64,000 bases of DNA from Octopus vulgaris. Lineage: Eukaryota. Within the stretch, counting starts at the first letter, position 1, and every line of letters starts with the position of its first letter. Where the stretch lies: the NCBI GenBank assembly GCA_951406725.2, contig OX597833.1, positions 73,036,001 through 73,100,000 on the forward strand, written 5' to 3'. Of this stretch, positions 15,096 through 27,757 are shown one piece after another. The position numbers were made by a program, and so were the translations under genes. The notes below the pieces were generated by a model. That model was not told the DNA's origin, did no database searches, and saw nothing but the letters and a program-made list of their open reading frames with translations.

Positions 15096-15316
15096 CCCTT
15101 TCGTTACTGAATTTATTTTGAGATGCTCAGTGTTTCTTCCAATTATGTTAAATATAACAAAGAATTAAGTAAAATAACATCGTTATCATTAAGCTAGAGT
15201 TAGGGACATAAATTGTGACTAAGGTTTGGTGGAAGCTTTTAATTCAGAACTTTTGAAAACCAGACATTTGTACTAAAGAACCAGAGCCGGTTTTAGCTGG
15301 GTTGGTAACGAAAGGG
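15096..15316. mobile_element. piggyBac-type MITE with TTAA target-site duplication
   Basis: TTAA (15092-15095), CCCTTTCGTTAC ... GTAACGAAAGGG, TTAA (15317-15320). 12-bp TIRs with CCC/GGG ends, no ORF. Confidence 0.85.
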
Positions 15317-15589
15317 TTAAAGACTAAACATTTGGAAAATACTTTACTTTTGTTTTCCTATTCAATATCATGGCTGTGTAATTAAGAAGCTTGTTTCTCA
15401 ACCACTTGGTCCCATGTTCAGTCCCACTATGCAACACTTTGGGCAAGGTCTTCTACTTAAATCTTGGGTTAACAAAAAAGATTGGTGTACCCATACACAT
15501 GTGCAGCAAGCTGGATATAAGGTGTGTGTTTTGTGTGTGCGTGAATAAGAGAGAGAAAGAAAGAAGAGAGTGGTGTGGTAAATTTGGTA

Positions 15590-17640
15590 GTAAATTATAG
15601 CCAGAACATGTGAATTAAATATTTTATTATAAGAAAGGAAAAGAAAGTAAGCAGATGAGATGCTGGGATGGAGGTGGCTAAATAACTGTTTGGTGATTCA
15701 GGAAGATGGAAGGGGTGAGTGGTCAGGATAGTGAGAGTTGGGAGGGGTGGGATAGGTAGTTTTTGGAGGATGGTCATTGTTGTTGGGTTTGAGAATAGAT
15801 GTTAAAAGGAATGTTGGAGTTATAGAACTAAGGGAGATTGAAGTAATGAGAAAAGTGGGGGGAAAAGGGTTTAGTTACAGATACTAGTAAGATGGCAAAG
15901 GGTGAATTTGGAGAATTAAGGTAGGTTGGTGGTGGAGGGAGAGTACTGAGGTGTGTAGAAATGTATGAGTAAATAGAGGGAGGGGTAGGTTGGTAGAGAA
16001 GGCAGTAGAAGGTAGTACCAAGTGGCTTTGGTTGAAGCAGAGCTAGAAGATGGGAAAGAATTCAAAGTATATGGATGGGGTGGCTGTAAAGGGGGATGTG
16101 CAAAAGTAATCTTAAGAAAGAATATTTAGTAGAGGGGATGGTATTAGTAGAAAGGATATTTTACTAGTGCAACTAAGTTGTAACTTAAGGTTTATCATAA
16201 TTAAGGAATTACATAGATTTAACATAATGGGTAAATGATGAGTATAATCTGTGTTTACATGAGAGGATTACATCTGAAAATCTATTAAATAATGAGGGGT
16301 TGTGAAGGACGGTGAGTGATTCCCTTAACCCCTTGACAACGGTTGACACAAACATGCAATCACACTTTTGCTTGCCTACCCACGGTTAACTTAAATATAC
16401 GATGTAGAGCTGCCTTACATCTATCACAGACTTTTTAACGGCTGAAGTATGTTTACGTTTGCTATCATGTACTTTATGTGCATATAAGTTGCTAAAGGGG
16501 TGGATAATTTAGAAGTTGGATTCGAGAAAAGTTCATGTGTGCTCAGAAGCAGTGCTTGAAATCAACAATGCCACCTATGTAAACCCTTACTTGGTGAGAG
16601 ATTAGTGTTACTACCCAGCATTAGTTGCCCACATTTTTCTGTAGAGTGAAACTGCCAGGAGAGCAGAGTTGAGACACCCAGCAGTTGCAGGTTTTCCTGC
16701 CTGCACTGGCATTGGAATTGATCACTGGGAAGGCCAGGTTTGTATGGTCCATTACTAACAAAGAAGAAAAGGAGGTATTATCAGTACCAGTGTTGGATTG
16801 GAATGGGATATCACTGCTAGTATATGTGGTCATATCAGTAGTATTATGGGGAGTAGTATTAAGGTTGGTATTATTGAGTTGGGTGGGGTTTCTAATGGTT
16901 GTATTATTGGAACTAAGTGGGTGGGGTGGGGTTCAGAGATTGTAAGTTTGCATGTATTAAAGGAGGCCATTATGGATCCTAAATTAGGTGTGGTAGATTT
17001 TAACTGATGATCTATTGTAGATAGGGTAATATCTATGCTGTGATGGGAAGTTTAAGAAGCGATTTAACTTCAAGGGAGGAAGGTAGCATGCACCAAAGGA
17101 TCTCACACTTGCTTACTTTGAAGGGTTTAGAGCATGTGGCTATAATGACCTCAAGCCTCCCTATGTAGAGAAGGCTTGAGGTAATTAAAGCTTCAAGAGT
17201 AGCTGGTGGGGGTGGGGGAGATTGATGGAGTGTGGATGAGTAGATGACCTGGTGGAACCAGGATTAGTGCTAGGAAAGAGAAGTGCCATTTTAGCTTTAA
17301 GTTTAGTGTTGAGGATAGATCTTTTTTGCAGAAACCACTGATTTGGAGAGCTTGGTTATAATACAAGGTGTGAGTATTGAAAATACTTTCATTAGCTGAT
17401 AAGTTGGAGATTCTGATAGAGATACTGGTGACTATACTATTAAGGGTAAGTGCAGGGTGATTAGATAGGATGTTGATATATTGTAGTGATTGACTGGGTT
17501 TATGGAAAGAGTAATATAGGTTTGTATCTAAGTTGAGAGTGACACCTAAGGAATTGGTAAATTTGGTGTTATTCTCAAGAGATAATTAGGTTATAATTTT
17601 TAAAGAATCCATGGATGGCTTTCCTTGTGCATACAACAGT
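15590..17640 (-). mobile_element. Decayed 5'-truncated Penelope-like retroelement (RT thumb/linker plus C-terminal GIY-YIG endonuclease remnant)
   Basis: Minus-strand translation of about 17330-17580 gives LENNTKFTNSLGVTLNLDTNLYYSFHKPSQSLQYINILSNHPALTLNSIVTSISIRISNLSANESIFNTHTLYYNQALQISGF, matching the PLE pattern FLDVTL..KP...Y....SNHP......I..RIS..S...F...Y..AL..SG. Downstream are KTCNCW...LC..G..LQKNV (about 16630-16700) and YIG...FK (about 16560-16585). Outer boundaries are approximate. Confidence 0.75.
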
Positions 17641-17938
17641 TTGAGTTAAATCAGTGGCTGTAAGGTATGCATCATCCCTGTACAGACCTCCAGAGAGGTT
17701 GGGAAAGTGTCAGTTACTCTGTTAAAGAAGGAATAGGCCAACCATATCAATAACCTCCTGGAGATGGAAGCCAGATCTACCCAATGTTTATTTGCTTCCA
17801 TTACTGGGTGCATATTTTCGTGAACTACATCTGCCAACATTATGAAGTAACTCTGACCCCCCAGAAGCAGCTCTTGGACTTGTAACACCATATCTTCTCC
17901 CCTTTAATTCTCTATGTTTCTTTAAGTTTGCTTTGTTA

Positions 17939-18056
<118 letters not shown>

Positions 18057-18126
18057 TTCAAATGATTTAGTAAAGTAACTTTATTTCATTATAAGGTTAA
18101 TGTTTGGAATAAAATATAAAGATGAC

Positions 18127-18535
18127 ATCATCATTATTTAACGTCCGTTTTCCATGCTAGCATGGGTTGGATGGTTTTGACTGAGGGCTGGCAACCAGAT
18201 GGCTGCACCAGGCTCTAGTCTTGATCTGGCAGAGTTTCTACAGCTGGATGCCCTTCCTAATGCCAACCACTCCGAGGGTGTAGTGGGTGCTTTTTACGTG
18301 CCGCCTGCACAGGGGCCAGTCAGGCGGTACTGGCAATGACTTCGCTCGAATCTTTTACATGTACCACCGACACAGGTGCCAGTGAAGCGACATTGGTAAC
18401 GATCACGCTCGAATGGTGCCCTTTTACGTGCCACGGGTACGGAAGCCAGTCGGCTGCTCTGGCAACGATCACAACAATCACACTTGGATGGTGTTCTTGA
18501 CACCCTACTAGCACAGGCATAAGTGCCAGTAAGGC
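18127..18535 (-). mobile_element. RTE-family 3' UTR copy, ending abruptly at the inverted-repeat arm
   Basis: catcattatttaacgtccgttttccatgctagcatgggttggatgg...cagctggatgcccttcctaatgccaaccac plus internal ~63-bp units. Confidence 0.75.
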
Positions 18536-19496
18536 ATGAGGACATTTGACAGGCAATCATTCAATGAAAAAAGAATGGTTAAGAAACTTACCTAAGGAAT
18601 ATGACCTGGCCATACGGTACAAAAACTACATACATAAACATATATATACATACATGTATAATGTGAAATAATAATAACGGAATTAGGAACATTTGACATA
18701 ACTTAGTAAAAAAAAAGCATTGTTCTAATATAAAACAACAAGCAATTTTATTTAATTGTGACACAAACTTGTTAAAATTTTCGATTTCATGAGACACAAC
18801 CAAGGGTGGTCTCAGATTGGCCGGTACTAAAACAATAAGGATCTCTCTTGTTTTCGCAGTGTTCCTGAGCTGCACAGACTTGTTTCAGAGAATAGATGTG
18901 GGTCAGAGAAATAGCTCTGACCACTGCTTTGGAAACCCTCTGATTCTATGTGGAGTTAAATCAGCCCATTGTCTCCTGTTTATGACATGACAGCAGCCAT
19001 CCTGTTTTGTTGTTTAAACATTTGACAATTCAAACAAGCATTGTGTGTGTGTGTATATACACACACACACGCACACACATACAAACACATATGCAAGAGC
19101 ACAGTTACAAAAGAAAAGAAACTAAAGAATAAAAAAAAGAGAATGAAAACAAACTTTAAGTGGAAAGTTGAGAATAAAGAACAGCTTTTGTTGGCGAATT
19201 TGGTCTCCGAATTGAAAGAAAAGCCCAAAAGACTGGGAAGCAAATAATCCTTTTATAAAAGTGGAAGACAAAACCAGGGAAGACAAATAGATCCACTGAT
19301 GTTGGTTAAATAGGGAACTTAAACAGGGAATTGTAGTCTTAATTCCTAACTCTGTTATTATTATTTCACATTATACATGTATGTATATATATGTTTATGT
19401 ATGTAGTTTTTGTACCGTATGGCCAGGTCATATTCCTTAGGTAAGTTTCTTAACCATTCTTTTTTCATTGAATGATTGCCTGTCAAATGTCCTCAT
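18536..19496. repeat. Perfect 143-bp inverted repeat (arms 18536-18678 and 19354-19496, spacer 675 bp)
   Basis: atgaggacatttgacaggc...gtgaaataataataac is the reverse complement of gttattattatttcac...gcctgtcaaatgtcctcat. Confidence 0.92.
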
Positions 19497-20389
19497 TTTT
19501 CTGCTGACCACCACCTCAGAACAGTCTTCTGTAGCCCAATTGATGGGCCTCTACACAATCTCCTCTTAACAAGTTTCACACGTAGCACTTGCATACACCC
19601 AAACATGTTCTAAGGTACTCAGCCCTAGGCACTAAAATACTCTGCTGCTGGATTGAACCTAGAACTCTATGATTCCAATGTGAATTTCTTAAAAGCACCA
19701 CACACACACGCACTGCCTACTTTTAACAGTTTTCTTTCAGCTCCCTCAGTTCTTAATTCTTCTGCTGCTCTACCAAATATTATGATTTTACTTCCTCAAC
19801 GACAACAGACACACACACGCACAGATCTTGCTTACTAGGATTTATGAGTATTTTCTGTGGTAAAAATGCAAAAAATATTATTTGTATATACATGTATATG
19901 AATTGTATTTAACGTTTGTGATACCAATCCCCTGAAAATCCCAGCTGAACGTTGCATAGGACATGAGGCAGAGGAAAGGAAATGGACATGCTGCAAAACT
20001 GTCCAGTTGGGGACCATCCTGGCATTCAATAGCGAAACCCTTTTGTCATCATATTTTTGTTGAAATAACATTGCTTTTGTTTTAATTTTGAAAATAATGA
20101 AGAATTTATTGAAATCTTTTGAAGAAGTATTTGCAAGTAATTTCATCTGAGATCCTGTGTTGAAACTAAAAACTTTTACATATTTGTCATTTAAAAGCAC
20201 ACAAAAACCATTTCACTTCACTTGAGCAGTTCTTTGGTCTCACAGTTTGCTGCACCAGTTGCTAAGTGATGCAATTTCACTGCAGCAGTTGTTGCAATCA
20301 GTTTTGACATCAAATAATAAATGATGAGGTGGAGTTAAGTTTGTGTATCTTTGAGGCTTGTTTATTAATATGACTTCATTATTATTGTT

Positions 20390-20860
20390 TCATCATCATT
20401 GTTTAACATCCGCTTTCCATGCTGGCACGGGTTGGACAGTTTGATTGAGAGTTGGCAAGCCAGGCGGCTGCACCAGGCCCCAATCTAATCTGGCAAGGTT
20501 TCTACAGCTAGATGCCCATCCTAATGCCAACCACTCTGAGAGTGTAGTGGGTGCTTTTTACATGCCACCATCATGGGAGCCAGTCAGGCAGCACTGACAC
20601 CGACCACGCTTGAATGGTGCTTTTTATGTGTCTGTCAGGCAGCACTGGCATTGGCCATGCTCCAATGGTACTTTTTACATGCCAGTGGCACAGGAACCAG
20701 CCAGGCAGCACTGACATTGGCTACGCTTGAATGGAACATTTATGTGCCAGTCAGGCGACACTGGCATTGGCCAAGACTACAATTTCACTTGGCTCAACAG
20801 TTCTTCTCAAGCACAGCATATTGCCTGATGATTGAAGGGGTACTACTTCTAGTTTTACCC
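20390..20860 (-). mobile_element. RTE-family 3' UTR copy
   Basis: Same consensus as 18127-18535. Confidence 0.7.
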
Positions 20861-21470
20861 CCTGGCGTATGATGGAATCTGTTTTCTGTACATCTTCAGT
20901 GTTTATTGCCCCTGTGCATCTGCCCTGCACAAAAACTATCTTCCCAGTTAACCTTCCTTTGATGTTTGTTTGAAATATAAATCAAAACGAAGTTTTGATG
21001 AAAGGTTTTTATTTCGATTATTTTAAAGAATTTATATCCTCGAATCAGGTGAGGCTTTAAGAGGATTGCTGTCAAAAGGGTTAATTGTATGTTGTCTGGT
21101 CTTGGTAGGGTTTACTCTTTCCACCAGCTTATTGTTTAGTCACCAGTCAGTCCAGATCAAGCAAACTCATGATCAAAGACATTCCAGCTGTGACCATCCC
21201 ATCTTTTTTCAATGTACAGCAAACCCAAGACTACATTTCTTTTAAAGTTAGTTGGATGCAATTTGAGGAAGATTTGGCTGTTGTTTGTAGCACTTCTAAT
21301 GATCATGTGAAAGCTCCCTCGTTAACCCATCTGTCAATTAAATGAGGAAACCCTCACATGGTTGCTGGATCTGCTAAACATAACGGCCAAATCTCCTCCC
21401 AAACTTCACCTTATCGTCTTTAGAATAGTTTCAATATAGCGAATAATTATGTCTTTCATTTATAATATTA

Positions 21471-22858
21471 CTAGCAAAGATACCCGGCGTTGCTCGGGAT
21501 TAAAATGGCATAGTTTGTATTTATATATATTACAGTTGTGGTGAAACAGGTGATACAGAAAGTGCAGCATTGGCAATAAAACATTTGTGGAGTAAATATT
21601 TGGTTAATTCGACTGAGCGCCATGTCATGTGCATTTGGAGTATTCCAGGCCTTAACCTGTCATGGAAAATTGGGGTAGATGGGTTTGTGACTTCTGAACA
21701 CACTGCAAAGCTGTTAGTGGGTATACTCTGCTTTGCTTCTAACACAACCTATCCTCTGAAGTTTTGACACTTCTTTCTGGTTTGTTGTCCTACGTGACCC
21801 ATAAAGTAAGTTTGGAGGAACTGTGGTTGTTCATTTTTGGGTAACGGGGAACCAGTGAGGTGATAGACTTGCCCTTGAACTTTGAACGTCAGTGTAAATT
21901 CATGGTCAACTCTCTCCTTAGATGCACCAAACGATGTCATTTGAAATGCAGAGTTGTATTGTCTGATATTGTTCAGAAAATCCTTTGATTGTTTGGAAGT
22001 GCCTTCCAGAAGATGCAGAACAGGTTGATGACAAGTTGGTAGTGCTGGCAATGTTACCTGACCACCCGAGCAGCACATGCCATTAGGTTCATTTGGAAAT
22101 TTTAAAATTTGATAATTTGAGTTTAGTATACCAGTTTGGACAGAATGATCATTTTTATAAGAATGGGATGGATCATATCTGAAAGCAGCTCCAGGAATTG
22201 TGAAGAATGAATTTGTACTTAGTCTGTTTCTGAGAGCTGTTCTATGGGTCACTCTGACTAATCATGAAAACATTTTAATGATTCAGCATTATGTATTTTC
22301 TGATTTTGGGAAAGTCTCATCTCCCTTCTCTCTAGAGATGCCATTTGATGTTCTGCAGCATGCATTTGCTGATCTTGAGAAAATCTCATTTCCCTTCTGT
22401 CTTGAGACTCTCGCCTTCAGTTTTCTACAATCCTCCTTGCTTTATACTTGCTTCTGGAGAGAGAGAGTATGTCTTTTCTTTGGTGGCATACACTGACACA
22501 CCATTCCGCTGTCATGGCTGTAAAGTCAGAAAGTTGCCAATGCATAATGTTGTTCATATTAAGATATGGATTATTCGTATGATCTTAATGTTATCATAGA
22601 ATTAAAAGTGAAAGAATAAGAGTGGAACAGTATTATGTCACATTACAATATAGATGTTATTCTTTCACTTTTGACATGTAATACGGAACCAGTGCCAATG
22701 TCATATCATTTTAATCCAAATGTAAAAAAAATTACATGTTGACATTCATGGGGTCTGATCTTATTATGTTGAAAGATTTGATTTGATTTGGTCAAACCGT
22801 TTGAGAATGCATAGGGAACAGACAGACAGAGAGAGACAAAGAATTATATAGATGGAGA
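21471..22858 (-). mobile_element. Internally deleted Helitron (rolling-circle transposon) with both termini
   Basis: Minus-strand 3' end cccgagcaacgccggg hairpin, then tatctttgCTAG|T at 21471. 5' end A|TC at about 22852-22858 (TCTATATAA...tgtctgtctg). Contains a RepHel N-terminal coding remnant. Confidence 0.88.
21749..22489 (-). pseudogene. Helitron Rep/helicase N-terminal remnant (disrupted, truncated)
   Basis: Begins MPPKKR at 22489. ORF 21749-22252 has AAFRYDP...GMCCSGGQVTLP...FLNNIRQYNSAFQMTSFGA...TFKVQGQVYHLTGSPLP...PQFLQTYF, typical Helitron RepHel N-terminal motifs. The Rep and Pif1 helicase cores are missing. Confidence 0.88.
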
Positions 22859-23526
22859 TAAACCAGAAAACTTGTAGATGGTTATGATGACTACAACATA
22901 GGCTGGATAAAGGTTCTGTTAGGGTGTTATGAGCCATTAGAGTGATGCTGCTAGAAATAGTAGCCCAAATTTCCCTCAACATACTACTGTCTTGAAAAAG
23001 GAAGGATACTTGGGTTAATGTATTCTCAGATATATTTGAAACCAAAATAAAAAGGAAGAAAAAAAACGAGAGAGACTAAATGCTCATGACTGGTTTGTCT
23101 TTGATCGTAGATCTGGTTGATTAGAGCTGACCTTGGGCTAAACTACAACAACCACCACTAAGTCTTGCTTTTGTTTTTGTTTTTTTGTTTTTTACTTTTT
23201 TTGGTGGATTTCTTTTTGCTAATCAGAAATAGTTTTGTCTTCTAACCTCATTCACTCCCACTCTTTCTACCTCTTGCTCCTCCTCTCCCCCCTCTTCTTG
23301 TTTTGATTCTCTTTCCAATTTCACTGCATCCCTCTACTCTCCCACCCACCTCCTCCTCGCATCCTCCTCCTCAATTTCGTGAAGCTCCTCCTTCTTAATT
23401 CCTTTCTCACTTTCTTCATTACATAAACTTACTGAGAGGTGGCTACACCTCCCCCCTTCTCTTCCCTTTCTTTCACTGCTCTTGTCCCCCCACCACCACC
23501 ACTGTTGCTTCCTTCCCATCTATCTG

Positions 23527-23567
<41 letters not shown>

Positions 23568-24304
23568 CACGGTCCCCTGATTGACAATTTCCCTCCATCA
23601 CCAATAAAACCAATGAAACATTCAGAAGCGTTCCATTTCCTCTTCCATTCATTCCAAAGACTTTTGCAGGCAAAAACTGTAACAGCGAAGGTGAGGGGGA
23701 GGAGGGGGGAGGAGGCTTCCATAACAACAATCACCAACATAAAAAAAAAAACAGAAACTGCATTAACTTCGCATAACAGGCAATCAAATGCCAAAACGAT
23801 TGCAATCTAAAGTTGCAACTTTGTACATTTTTTTTCCTTTTATATTTCTTTTTGATATTTGTATACCCCCCCCCCCCAATTTTAATAACACTAGAAATAA
23901 AATGGGGAAAAAATGGCTTTATTTCTGAGATGTAAGAGCAAATTGTTTTGTAAAGAGAGAAGTGATGAAGAAGGAGAGTCTGAATGAACTCCAGCTGCTG
24001 TCTGTTGTTGTTTACTCAGATCAGATGAGAGGCTATCCAGCTGTGACCATCCCACCTTTTATTAGTGTATCTAAGACTGCAGTATTCAATGTGGATATCC
24101 ATCTTTAAAAATTGTCAGGTGGTTTAAGGGAGATTTAGCTGCTACCTTTAACAGGTTCAGTAACCATGTAGAGGTCCCATGGAAGACAATGTTTTGCCAT
24201 GGTATGATTTGAACTTGGGATATAGAGGGGTGACCAATAAGTGAACAATTCAACTCTTGGGTCACACAGGCCCCTCCATCTGCTTATATAACCCCTTTTC
24301 ACAG

Positions 24305-24346
24305 TCATCTGGTTCCTTTTAACCATCGCACTTTGCAATATCTCAG
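24305..24346 (+). CDS. Candidate 42-nt frame-preserving cassette micro-exon
   Basis: Acceptor accccttttcacag| at 24304 and perfect donor ctcag|gtaagt at 24346/24347. 42 nt, open in phase 1 (V-IWFLLTIALCNIS-G). Confidence 0.3.
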
Positions 24347-24415
24347 GTAAGTATCATTTCACCCAATCCTTGTGATGGAAATTGCTTGGAAGGACAATAA
24401 GTGGACGGCAGCAGA

Positions 24416-24501
24416 ACTTGTTGCTGGGTGGTGGCACACTTAATCTGTGGCACACCACACTTGTTGCTGGGTGGCAGCACACTTAATCTGTGGCACACCA
24501 C
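24416..24501. repeat. 43-bp tandem duplication
   Basis: acttgttgctgggtgg(tg/ca)gcacacttaatctgtggcacaccac twice. Confidence 0.9.
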
Positions 24502-25334
24502 AACCATCATTTGACAATCAGTGTTGGTTTGTTTACATCATTGTGACTTAGCAGTTCCACAAAACAGACGGATAGAGTAAGTGCTAGATTTTGAATTAAC
24601 TACTGGGATTGATTTCTTTGACTAAACCTTCAGAGCAGTGCTCCAGTATGGCCGTAGGTTAATGACTGAAACAAATAAAAGAAGAAATGATGTCATTTAA
24701 AAAAAAAATTCTATGCAAGGAGTATGATTCGAGGGAGATTTGGCTTCTGTTTCCAGCAGCTTCAGCAACCACAAAAGTAGGGGAATGTTGTTCTGATAAA
24801 AGGGTTCTGAAACTTTTGTAGTTTATAAGTGAACTTGATATGTTCATTTGTCACAAGGAGAGCCCTAGCATTTAGGGACCTGGCCCATTATCTGGGATCA
24901 AGGAAAGGAGGAAAAAGTTGTTGTCATCTAGACCCAGGTTAGTTTTGGTTGAGCAAACGTGTGGTCAAATGCAATCCAGCCTTGACCACTCATCTCAGTT
25001 CCAAGCATCATATATCTAGGATTCTATCATTCAAATGCTTCCTCTTTTTTTTTTTTTAAGATGCTAGCACGTGATTTGGAGGAAATTTAGCTGTTATTTC
25101 TAACAGGTCAAACAACTAAATAAAGGCTCCCAAGTTGGGAAGTAAAGTTGTTTAGCCCTTGGTCAAATCCTACTGTCAAGACCCCCACACCTTTTTTTTC
25201 TTTTGCTTTCAGACATGTCTTCGGTTTAGTCCCACAGTGTAGCGCCTTGCCCAGGCATCTATTATAGCCCCAGGCTGACCAAAGCCTTGTGAGTGGATTT
25301 GTTAGATAGAAACTGAAAGAAGCTTTTCACACAT

Positions 25335-25372
<38 letters not shown>

Positions 25373-27158
25373 TGTGCTCAACCAGACTCTTGGATGTTGT
25401 TAGACACTGCTGGTCACAGTGTGCTTTGCATTGTTTTTTTTAGCTTTTTAACGATGCCATTCCACTGGCCATTCCACATGCACACCTTTGCACACAAACA
25501 CAGGATGAAAGAGAACTGTGTGTGAGTGGTGTTGTTGCCATGGTAGTGGTTAGAAACCAGCTGCTCATGATAGAATCTGAGCAGGCCAACATTGCCTTTT
25601 GATTAGAACCTGTTTACAAAATTATTATTATGTGTGTGTGTGTACCTTGGTCTTACTTGACATCACATGATGGGTGGAGATGAGCCTCACCATCCTATAA
25701 GCGTTGGTGTTTGTTCCCAGCCTTTTCTGAAAAACATGCCTCAGCCATGGGGAAATGCTACCTTGCTTGGAAATGGGTGAGGGTTAGTCTCAGGAAAGGA
25801 GGCATCCGGCTTTGGAAATCTGCCTCAATAAACTCAGCCTGACCCATTGCAAGCCTGGCAAATTGGACCTGTTTATGCTGATGTGCAGTGAGCCCAACCA
25901 AATACCAGTACATGGCAGTCTATTTGGAATTGCAGTGTCTGTTGCCATTGGAGGGATTGGCAACATTTTCTCTCCTTTCCCACCAGAATAACAATCCAAA
26001 CAAATCTGAGATTGTGCTGACCATGGAGCTGCTGTCCACTTGACAAAATTTCATTCAACCTGAGACTCTGAGCAAGGACACTTGCCCTAAAACGCCATAC
26101 CATAGGATTGAACCCAGAACCTTGTGATTTCAAACGAAATGCCTTTACCATTCAGCCATGCTGTGTCAAACAGAATCAGTAGAGCATTGGACAAAACACT
26201 GTGTGGTGTTTAGTTAGATCTCTTTACTTTCTTCTGATTTTAAATTTTGACCAGGTTTATTTTGTTTATCATTCTTCTGAAGTTGATAAAATGTATGGCA
26301 GGGTTGATATGTTGGCTGGGATATTATAAAGGAGAGCTCCAGCATGGCCACAATGACTGAAACCAGTGGAAGAATAAATGAATACAAGGAATGCTGAGTT
26401 GATGAACACTTATACATAAGAATCAGTTTTTTTGTTTTCTTGGGCAAGTATTTCAAGTTTTTTTCTCTTTTTGAGGAATTCAGTAACAGAATAAATAACA
26501 AAGCTATTCGTTAGACCTTCCAACGATGGCAGAATTGTTAGCTGGATAAGATGCTAGGTGGCATTTTGTCTGTCTTCACATTCTGAGTTCAAATTCAACT
26601 GAAGTTGACTTTGTCTTTTGTCCTTCCAGGGTTGATAAAATAAGTACCAGTTATGCACTGGGGTAGATCTAATCAACTTGCCCCCAAAATTGCTAGCCTT
26701 GTGCCAAAATTTGAAACCAATAATTACACCTCCAGGACATTCTTTGAATATATTTTGGGGGGGTTTCTTTCTCTTTCTTTCTTTTTTCTTTTTTTTTTTA
26801 TCTTTCCTGACATTCTTTGAATATCTCTCCCATTTTCTTAGAATTGGTCTTGGAAATTTTCAAAAAGAAAACAACATGGGGTAGAGAAAAACATTTTTTT
26901 CTTAAATATAAAAAAAAACACACACACACTCTCAAAAATAAAAATATTCTTTGGAAATAGATTCTGAAATGCTTAGAGAGAAAGAACAAGATAAACTTAG
27001 GTTGGTTAATGATAGAAAAAGTGGTTTTTGGTGTTGGTGGTGGTGGTGGGGGTGGACTGTGTGACAAAGTATTTGCAGTCGGTGAATTCTTCTAGAATTT
27101 CCCTGCTGCTGTCTTCCATTGTCTTCACTCAATTTCACTGTCATGTACAGGTTGCAAC

Positions 27159-27193
<35 letters not shown>

Positions 27194-27474
27194 AGTTCTT
27201 CTCTACCTCTGCACCACACCTTCCATCCACTCTGCCTCAATCCTTTCTAACACCTCATTCACCTAGCTAATTGGCTGCCAATCAAATCCGACTCGGTAAG
27301 ATGTCTGAGGACATGATCGGTCCGCAAGTTATTTCTTCCCCCCACTCCCCCCCCCCATCTCTTAAAGCATAATCAATACGGTTCCAGCCTTTTCTCTGCA
27401 GAACAGAACCAAGCCATTACCGTCCTGTCAAATTGCTTCTCATTTCCAGCCTGTTAAAGATAAGCATCTCCTGC

Positions 27475-27478
<4 letters not shown>

Positions 27479-27533
<55 letters not shown>
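27479..27533. repeat. (GA)n microsatellite, one of many CA/GA/TA/CAT/AAT tracts in the window
   Basis: Directly visible. Confidence 0.95.
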
Positions 27534-27538
<5 letters not shown>

Positions 27539-27718
27539 GACGCACAACAAGTTATCCACACACACACACACACAGATGGCCACCTTTGCACACACAAACA
27601 CAGGATGAAAGAGAATTGTGTGTGAGTGGTGTTGGTCGTGGTTAGAAACCAGCTGCTCATGATAGAATCTGAGACAAAAGACATATCTACCTCTCTCTTA
27701 ACATTCTGTTGACATTTT

Positions 27719-27757
<39 letters not shown>

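Noticed and set aside
23613-23696. MKHSEAF...TAK|gtgagg with nearby CCAAT motifs
   Set aside because: Phase 0 and a weaker donor; insufficient evidence.
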